From: Octopus bimaculoides
Taxonomy: Eukaryota
NCBI RefSeq assembly: GCF_001194135.2
Contig: NC_068992.1
Location: forward strand, 55,448,564-55,507,869
Direction of reading: 5' to 3'
Length of the DNA: 59,306 nucleotides
Below the pieces are notes generated by a model. That model did not search any database, had not been told where the DNA came from, and was given only the letters and a program-made list of their open reading frames with translations. Made by a program: the position numbers and the translations under genes. Shown here piece after piece: positions 50,961-59,306 of the stretch; positions within the stretch are counted from its first letter, which is position 1; the number at the start of each line of letters is the position of its first letter.

Positions 50961-52721
50961 TAGACATATATATATATATATATTATATTATATTATATTA
51001 TATTATATTATATTATATTATATTATATTATATCATATATTATAATATATTATAAAGATATATTAGCCAATTTGGGCTAAATGCCCACTCTTTTCCTTAA
51101 ACATATTACTTTAGACACACACATCTTTCTCCCTACATGCAGCTTTCGACTCTCTACTCATATATAAGAAATGAAATGATGGATTGATCAGGGATAAAAC
51201 GAACTGAGACTAGTATTCTCAGACCTGTCTATCATAGCAGTAGTTTAGACATAGTAACCATTCAGAGAAATCTGTATCGATTACCATTCTCATGGGAAAG
51301 TAGTGAGTTGTATGCCATACTAGATTTATTTTTGTAACTGATACCTCCGAGTTGAAATATCAACTTTTCATCATATAGCAACGGACTATAGAATTTGTGA
51401 TCATTAGAAGGAAATTTTCTTTCTTCCCTACACATCTCCGTACGGCTTCGCTAGCTACATTGCTTTAGTTGTTTAGCATTTTCTCAATAAGATTGCCACA
51501 ACAGTGACATTTATAAATCGAGGCCTAAATTGTACGCAGTAATTGAATAGAGTTTTTAGTTGTTTAGCTTGTAATATGTTTCTCCTGCTACACCAGGTGC
51601 AATCTGCCAAGTCATAAGTTTTCCTGCTTTCAACAAAATCTATTCTTGCTATAAAAAGCAAGGATATATATTCAGCTAACTGCCACAGATGAGGCAGGTA
51701 CCTGAGATGAGGTTCGTACATACCATGAGGTACTTGCCTCTTATAGCTCTCAATATAGGGTGTAGTAATCTGATCTCCTCGTTCGGTTGATTCGATGTAA
51801 GCACCGCTAGACTACCATGGTAGTCAGTATATTAGTTTGCCTTTAATCAGAGTAGACAGCACACAGATAATCTGGTTTGAGACCTAACGTAGGATACAGT
51901 TTAACTTACCAATGTAGATTATAGCTACACGTGTTCAAACCAAACTTAGCTGAAAAGGATCATTACGGATAAAGCATCCAAATGTTGTCCCATATTACAA
52001 ATCTCAAGACAGGCATTTAGATAAGAAATCCGGAGATAATAACCCCCCATATTAAGGAGTCTAAGACCTCTTCAAAATACGGGGGGGAGTAAATGCCTCT
52101 CTATAAAAGTAAACATTAGGCGATTATCTCCCTTTGCCAATGGTCATCGAGCTTCGGCCGCGATCACCAAAGGGCCGCTAAGGTAAATAATTGTCTCCCT
52201 TCGGCCTTGCAGATTCCAAAATGCAGGAATCTTCTAAAATGCAAGCATGACCCCAAAATTTCCGTCCTGGAGATCAAAGTGCTCCCTGGCACGATCGAGT
52301 CTTGAAAGAATTTATTATTATATATTTAATATATTATAATATTTNNNNNNNNNNNNNNNNNNNNNNNNNNNNNNNNNNNNNNNNNNNNNNNNNNNNNNNN
52401 NNNNNNNNNNNNNNNNNNNNNNNNNNNNNNNNNNNNNNNNNNNNNNNNNNNNNNNNNNNNNNNNNNNNNNNNNNNNNNNNNNNNNNNNNNNNNNNNNNNN
52501 NNNNNNNNNNNNNNNNNNNNNNNNNNNNNNNNNNNNNNNNNNNNNNNNNNNNNNNNNNNNNNNNNNNNNNNNNNNNNNNNNNNNNNNNNNNNNNNNNNNN
52601 NNNNNNNNNNNNNNNNNNNNNNNNNNNNNNNNNNNNNNNNNNNNNNNNNNNNNNNNNNNNNNNNNNNNNNNNNNNNNNNNNNNNNNNNNNNNNNNNNNNN
52701 NNNNNNNTATATATATATATA

Positions 52722-52752
<31 letters not shown>

Positions 52753-53283
52753 AGCATCTATACAATCATATATATATATATATATATATACATATACAGA
52801 AATATATATGAATTATATATGAACAAAAATATGTATGTATATACAGACTCACTTATACGTGTATGCACATCTAGTCCCACGTGTAAAAGATTGGATCGAT
52901 ACATCTAGAATACGAAATATGAGTGAGTAAATAGAAAAAGATACGTGGGATATTAAAAATAAGGAAAAGATAACGAAATATTTCTTTTTTTAAAAGTGTA
53001 AATAAGAATGTATGAACGATAATAAAAAATGTATGGAAAAATATGAAAAATATGACTATATAAAATATGAAAAGTTTAAGTAAAAATATAAATACATATA
53101 ATAAATATTACATAGTAAACTAAATATATAAAAAATTAACTGGTGTAAAATAAAAAAATCATATACACAAAACATGTATATATAAATATCTCAAATGGTG
53201 TTAGTGTAAATGATAAAATATATATAGATAGAGAGACAAATGAGGCAAATATAATTGATAAATTAACGGTAAAATAGTGGTGA

Positions 53284-53330
<47 letters not shown>

Positions 53331-53645
53331 CTCTGATGCAGTACCAGGCAGTGGCTCTCGTGGCTTCTGATCTTAATTGATTGGAAGTGTTATCATGTAC
53401 ATCTTTTTGTCTTGGTATAAAAGATGGGCTACAGCAAATATTCTGCTTAATACCACAGATTTGCTTGTCAGTTGTTTGACCTTAACCAGTTGAGCATGTT
53501 CCTTGGTGGCTGTCGATATGTGCATCTCTGATCATGAGCAGAAGTAGTGGGGGAGCATCATAGCCATGTGTTGAGAGGAATTCTTCGAGGTTTGAATAAT
53601 TCACCTTTGGAAACATGGTTGTTTTGCTCAACATCCTTAAACAAT
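53284..53645 (-). mobile_element. Retroposon 3' end with (TTA)n tail, abutting the truncated mariner
   Basis: Higher-complexity block (CAACACATGGCTATGATGCTCCCCCACTACTTCTGCTC..GGTACTGCATCAGAGTA on the minus strand) ends in a perfect (TTA)n tract. I recognise it as a high-copy octopus repeat from memory. Confidence 0.6.
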
Positions 53646-54177
53646 TCAAAACGGCGTTTTTTTTTGTTTTTTTTTGGTTATCGTTAAATTCGTGCGGCAC
53701 CCATTTCCCAAGTAGTTTTGTATTTCCAATCTCTTTCAAGTGGTTGGAAATTGTTGTACACATTACGTCTAATTCAGAAGCAAGCTCTCGAACAGTTGTG
53801 CGTGGGTTGGCTTCGACTAAGGATCTTTGTTGATCGTTGTCAACATCCGATGGCCGACCACTACGCTTATCATCTTCAAGACTCTCGTCACCGCTACGAA
53901 ATTTCTTGAACCACCATTGTGCTGTACGTTCATTAGTGGTTCCTGGGCCAAACGCATCGCTGATGTCGCGAGTTGTTTCAGCAGCTTTTCAGCCTAGCTT
54001 GAACTGGAATAAGAAAATTGTGCGAATTTGCTTTTTGTCCATGTTGTATTCAACGTTCCGGAAAAATGGGCTTTAAAATGATATATAAAGTCAAAATAAT
54101 TTAATGAAAATTAATTTGAAAATACATCATTTAAAACCAAAATTTAAAATTCCGCAAGAACGTTCTTGACAACCTAA
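53645..54177 (-). mobile_element. Hsmar1/cecropia-like mariner, 5' portion with TIR
   Basis: Minus strand from ATG at 54042: MDKKQIRTIFLFQFKLG*KAAETTRDISDAFGPGTTNERTAQWWFKKFRSGDESLEDDKRSGRPSDVDNDQ...LGKWVPHEF, then a poly-A frameshift to KRRFE. TIR TTAGGTTGTCAAGAACGTTCTTGCGGAATTTT at 54146-54177. Confidence 0.92.
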
Positions 54178-54179
54178 TG

Positions 54180-54261
<82 letters not shown>

Positions 54262-54263
<2 letters not shown>

Positions 54264-54595
54264 TTTTCTACTAAAGGAACCAGGCCTGAAATTTTGTGGG
54301 AGGAGACAAGTCGAATACAACGACTCCTGTGTTTCACTGATACTTAATTCATCGACCTCGAAACGATGAAAGACAAAGTTGACCTCAGTGGAATTTGAAC
54401 TCAGAACGTAGTGGCGGACGAAATGCCGCTAAGCATTTTGCCTTACGCCTTAATAACAATGATAGTAATGATTCAAACTTTTGGCACAAGGACACCCGTT
54501 GATAGGAGGAAAGCGATTACATAAATACCAGTATTTGACTGGTGCCTATTTTATCGACCCCGAAAGATAAGAGACAAAGTTGACCTCCGCCGAAA
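54262..54595 (-). mobile_element. SINE family B copy with long (ATT)n tail, plus an adjacent partial copy
   Basis: ATCGACCTCGAAACGATGAAAGACAAAGTTGACCTCAGTGGAATTTGAACTCAGAACG, and a second ATCGACCCCGAAAGATAAGAGACAAAGTTGACCTCCG. Tail (TAA)n at 54178-54261. Confidence 0.85.
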
Positions 54596-55539
54596 ATGAC
54601 TGATAACTTGATGGTTTTAATGGTTTCGAACTTTTGCACAGGGCCAGTATGCGTCAGTTTGTTGGTGTATTTTTCTCATTGTAATTTAGTGTATACTCTC
54701 TGGATATGACTCCTTGTAACTTATTCAACTCAGGATATGTACGCTGTACTCATCAGAATGTGTTCTTTTTGCTTTTCATTTAATAAGTAGTTATATATTT
54801 GCATTTATGCAAATGAAGAAGTGTGTGTATATGGAATGTGTGTGGATGTGTCCGTGGGTCTAGAACTCTCTTGAATCACCTATTCCTTTCACATGTCTGC
54901 TTTACAGTTCTAGACACATACACTTTGCTACTAAGCACTACATCTGAAGTCTCTACAGATTTAAACTCATGTATATTAATATAATTTTACTGATTATATC
55001 CTTGAGCAAACCGTGCAAATATTAAAGCTATAAAATTAATATCGTTTCGTCATCACAGCGATTCTTTTCAATTGTCTATACTACTGAGTCCGATTTAGCA
55101 AAATTGCATTTTTGTACTCTAAGAATTTATACCAGTGATCGAAACATTAGCCATTCGAGTAAGAAATTCTAGGTTTACACTTATTTACTTCTAAACATTG
55201 AAATATTTCGAAATATAATGACATGAAGAAAAGTGCGGTTTTTGATAGAAAGTTATTTTTTCTTTTTTTGAGTTTTCTCGATCAACAGATAATTTTTTTC
55301 GGGAAATAGCTTCAGAATCGGCTATTGTTTTTGTATCGTTCAATTCCGTCCATCTGTTAGCACCAGAATTCATGTTTATGTACTATACTTTAAATTTATT
55401 TGCTCGTGATATCTTCATTTTTCAGTTTTCAAATATTTTAAGAATGACTCTTGTGGGACAAGAGAGGAGTATGCTGCAACTGTGTTACAAAGGCATCCCG
55501 CTTAACGTTCTATCTGCGTTCACGATATATATATATAAG

Positions 55540-56005
55540 CGCAGGTGTGACTGTGTGGTAAGGAGTTTGCTTCTCAACCACATGATTCCGGTTTCAGTCC
55601 TGCTGCGTAAAGCAGACATGTGAAAGGAATAGGTGATTCAAGAGAGTTCTAGACCCACGGACACATCCACACACATTCCATATACATACACTTCTACTAT
55701 AGCCTCGGGCCGACCAAAGCCTTGGAAGTGGGTTTGGTAGACGGAAACTGAAAGAAGTTCGTTGTACATATATATATGGTTATGGATGTGTGTGTCTTTG
55801 TGTCTGTGTTTGTCCCCCCACCATCGCTTGGCAACCGATGCTGGTATGTTTACGTCCCCGTAACATAGCGGTTCGTCAAAACAGACCGATAGAATAAGTA
55901 CTAGGCTTACTAAGGATAATTCTTAGGGTTGATTTCTCCGAGTGAAAAGCCCTTTAAGTTAGTGCTCCAACATGGCCACAGTCAAACGACTGAAACAAGT
56001 AATAG
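55540..56005 (+). mobile_element. SINE family A, full length, carrying an 89-bp templated insertion
   Basis: Head GCGCAGGTGTGACTGTGTGGTAAG, body CTACTATAGCCTCGGGCCGACCAAAGCC, tail GCTCCAACATGGCCACAGTCAAACGACTGAAACAAG. Foreign segment at 55607-55695. Confidence 0.9.
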
Positions 56006-57924
56006 AATACAAGAGTGAAAGAATATATGGACATGATATATGGATAGTTTTTGTAGAAGAGGCGGAAGTAGAAGAAACTGTGAAGAACACAAGATGGTGT
56101 TTATTAATATAGGTGGTGTCGGAAGAAAATGTATGTTACTAAAGAAAGACAGGATGATCGTTAACTCCAGTCGGATGAGTTGTGTGTGAATAGCAGGATT
56201 TTTCACTGGGACGAGAAATCCTGCTTAGAGAAAATTTCTGGAATTTTAAATTTCATCCTGGATATTTTATTTCCCATCTCAGCTTGTTTCCATGCCACTT
56301 CATCCGTTAATGCTTTGCGTTTCATGATGCTTACCAAATTCCATTAGGTATTCTAGAATACAGGAATTGTTTACTAAACCATATACATTTCGATCGTCCA
56401 CCTATCTCAGCTTACGCTAGCCTGTGACAATAACAGTCGGCAACTATGCATTGTATCACCTGTTATGGGAGATTTCCTCTCATTGTCCTATGTTCCTCGA
56501 GAAATCTGTATTCCATTTCCATAAAATATTTGCTGCTATCTAGTGTCAGGTGTTTTGATACAAGCGGTACATGTGATAAATTTATAGTTGTTACAATTAG
56601 CCACACATTTTGTTAATCTTTTAATATCACCGAACGAAGAGTGAGTATACCTTTCCTAATCTTCAATGATATTCATTTGTTAAACCTGAACAGATAAAAA
56701 TGTCCATCACTAAGCTAATGTTTTCCTAGATGCATAATTACTTCTAATGAGATCGTTGATTTTTAACCCATTGAACGTGTTATTTATAAGTTATCTATTC
56801 TTGCCTTAGGTCAGTGCATCGAATTCAGAGATGACTATTTTCTTCTTTAATTGTGTAGTCTTTGATAACTTGACTATTTTAATCAGACTAAGTACAACTT
56901 GGAGAATATATAGCTGCAATTTCTAGCCGAACAAATCCGCTTTCTTGCCTCAAGTTTTGAATAAATACTATAAGCTATAGCATACAACTTCAGCGAAAAA
57001 GGTTAAAATACATTGACAAATATTGCCCTGTGTTCTGTCAGCGAGCTGTAAAAATACACCTGATAGTCGCCCAAAATTAACATAACATAGTCAGCATAAT
57101 CTTTCTATTCTTTTCCTGATAATGATAACCCCGTGACGTTTTCTGTGCAGACTGTCCATCGTATGCAAAAGCATTAAATTAAGACATTCATTACAAAGTC
57201 TATTGATGGAATAATTACAAGATATTCAGCGACAACAACGGGACATTCCTGATATTTAAATCTAAAACTCATTTATTCATTAGAGATATATGTAAAATAT
57301 GCAAAAAGAAAAAAATAGAGGATGCTAAACTACGTCTCGAAAAAAATTAATTAAATTTTCGAAAGAATTCATTATTTTTTTCCCCTTGGGCCGCTCTTGT
57401 ACATTTACTTAGTTTTATATTTTTAGCAAATTCTGCTAGTACGGTGAAAATTGCGCTATTGCAGATGAGGTCAGAATAATATCGAAATATGCCCGAAGAT
57501 GCATATTTACTCACTCACACACTACTTACCATACATACATACACTCTCTACCAAATATATATACCTTGCAGTCCAACACGAAGTCTCTCACCTCACACTG
57601 CGCATGTACCTCACACAGTCAAGGATATTACGTCACAGATCAACCAATTTACTAATGTAATATCACTACACTAATCAAATCACTTATTGAGATTGAAATG
57701 AAAATTGCTTAAGGCATAGATTTCTATTCTAACACAGCTTAAATTCCACCTCCCAAAAATAAATCTACATTATTTTTTAATTTTCATTGTGTCCCACTTT
57801 TATCCAAATTACACATAAACAAAAGCTTGTCGACAACTATTTTTTATGAACAACTCCAGTCGAAAAATTATATCCTTGCTTTGATGAAAATTCTTCATTG
57901 CTGGAAAAATATTGTTCATGTTTA

Positions 57925-58143
57925 AAGACGGCGAGATGGTAGAAATGTGAGCACGCCGCGCGAAATACTTAGCGGTGTTTCGTCTGTCTTAACGTTCTAA
58001 GTTCAAGTACCACCGAAGTCGACTTTGCCTTTCATCCTTTCGGGGTCAATAAGTTAAGCACCAGTTACGTGCTGGGGTCTATCAAACCGACTGGTACACT
58101 CACCCAAAATTTCGAGCCTTGTACCTAGAGTAGAAAAGAATAT
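57925..58143 (+). mobile_element. SINE family B, full length
   Basis: GGCGAGATGGTAGAAATGTGAGCACGCCG..GTCGACTTTGCCTTTCATCCTTTCGGGGTC..CCTAGAGTAGAAAAGAAT. Confidence 0.9.
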
Positions 58144-58289
58144 TGTTCAAATTTAATAAAATTTAATATGTATTCAATGCACGAAGTGACCTTAAAATCC
58201 ACCCTATCGGGGGTGTATGTACATGTATGTGTGTGTGTGTGTGTATGTGTGTGTGTGTGTGTGTGTGCGTGTGTGTGTGTAAAAGATAC

Positions 58290-58335
58290 CACGGTCTGAT
58301 GAAGATAAAAAATCGGAAACTTCGAAGTCACTGTG
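58290..58335 (+). ncRNA. Minimal type I hammerhead ribozyme motif
   Basis: CACGGT-CTGATGA-A-GAT-AAAAA-ATC-G-GAAA-CTTCGAAG-TC-ACTGTG. 6-bp stem I, intact CUGAUGA and GAAA cores, palindromic stem III ACTTCGAAGT, GUC cleavage triplet (C58329). The stem II closing pair is a non-canonical A.G. Confidence 0.7.
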
Positions 58336-58424
58336 AAACTTTTCCTTGTAAAGTTCATAACTACGTACCTTGTTGAAAGGTATTGAGTAATCCTCCAGTC
58401 TAATGCTAAATTGATATATATCTA

Positions 58425-58460
<36 letters not shown>

Positions 58461-58523
58461 CACACAAACATCTTAACATAGAAGCAAACAATATTAGATA
58501 TATATATATATATACACACACAT

Positions 58524-58576
<53 letters not shown>

Positions 58577-58795
58577 NNNNNNNNNNNNNNNNNNNNNNNN
58601 NNNNNNNNNNNNNNNNNNNNNNNNNNNNNNNNNNNNNNNNNNNNNNNNNNNNNNNNNNNNNNNNNNNNNNNNNNNNNNNNNNNNNNNNNNNNNNNNNNNN
58701 NNNNNNNNNNNNNNNNNNNNNNNNNATACACATCTTAACATAGAAGCAAACAATATTAGGTATATATGTATATACACGCACACACACACACACAC

Positions 58796-58843
<48 letters not shown>

Positions 58844-59099
58844 CTTGTACGCTTTGTAAGCGTTGCAAATATATGTTACCGATATTTTCTTCGACAAAAG
58901 TTGGGTATTTTTCCCTGACGTAGATCTAAGAGGATTATAAAATGGTCAAATTGAGTCTAGATTTCCCGTTCTCGGTTGTATAAAAACCTCTGATGTAACT
59001 ATTGTGTTTACATTTCACTGCGATGTTAAAATTGTTTATTACGCAAGGTATACCTTACATCAGACAATATACATTTGTGTGTGTGAGTATGTATGCAGT

Positions 59100-59164
<65 letters not shown>

Positions 59165-59306
59165 ACACATATATATGTGTGTGTGTGTGTGCACAGAAAC
59201 GAAACAAACGGTTACATATAGATAAATCTGTACATGGAAATACGTTTACATATACATCTCTGTGTATATACTTATATCTATATATGTGTATATACATACA
59301 TATATA

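Larger units (their letters stand above)
12525..58725. other. 14 assembly N-gaps (largest 12525-13495)
   Basis: Nearly all gaps are bordered by TA, TG, TC or AAG tracts, typical of short-read scaffolds. All ORFs containing X are artefacts. Confidence 0.97.

Noticed and set aside
51691-51825. 13-bp stem hairpin and a 16-bp palindrome (GACTACCATGGTAGTC)
   Set aside because: They are short, have no family context, and are near chance expectation.
54724-54759. Minus-strand CTGATGA-GTAC-AGC-GTAC hammerhead-like start
   Set aside because: The GAAA core is replaced by ATAT and stems I and III are unconvincing.
343-58143. Minus-strand excess of SINE B copies (about 13 vs 5) as a sign of host-gene orientation
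   Set aside because: Too few copies, several adjacent and not independent, and family A shows little bias.
58463-58830. Direct repeat (CATCTTAACATAGAAGCAAACAATATTAG plus microsatellite) on both sides of a gap
   Set aside because: Most likely unmerged haplotypes or a scaffolding overlap; cannot be treated as a real duplication without long reads.
12357-58897. Long ORFs containing X runs or HT/CV/YI/LS dipeptide repeats
   Set aside because: They are artefacts of N-gaps and microsatellites.

Overview
AT-rich, repeat-dense eukaryotic DNA from a short-read-type assembly, with 14 N-gaps, nearly all flanked by microsatellites. The SINE families look like those of Octopus (coleoid cephalopod); this is my recognition from memory, not a database result. 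I find no intact, recognisable protein-coding gene, and the window is most likely intronic or intergenic. It holds decayed mobile elements: an R4/Dong-like LINE, two RTE/RTEX-like LINE pieces, a CR1-like piece, a Penelope-like RT fragment, three distinct mariner relics (one strongly Hsmar1/cecropia-like), a hAT non-autonomous element with TIRs and an 8-bp TSD, a ~400-bp foldback element and about 30 tRNA-type SINE copies. The most interesting signals lie outside the ORF track. (1) Several dispersed minimal type I hammerhead ribozyme motifs have palindromic stem III; one is nearly intact at 58290-58335. (2) There are footprints of templated repair inside SINEs: an 89-bp inverted copy of nearby DNA, and a 17-nt mariner-TIR-like insert flanked by a 13-bp duplication. 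(3) Several long inverted repeats could form dsRNA. Approximate element boundaries and all family assignments come from manual translation and motif recall and need confirmation by database searches.
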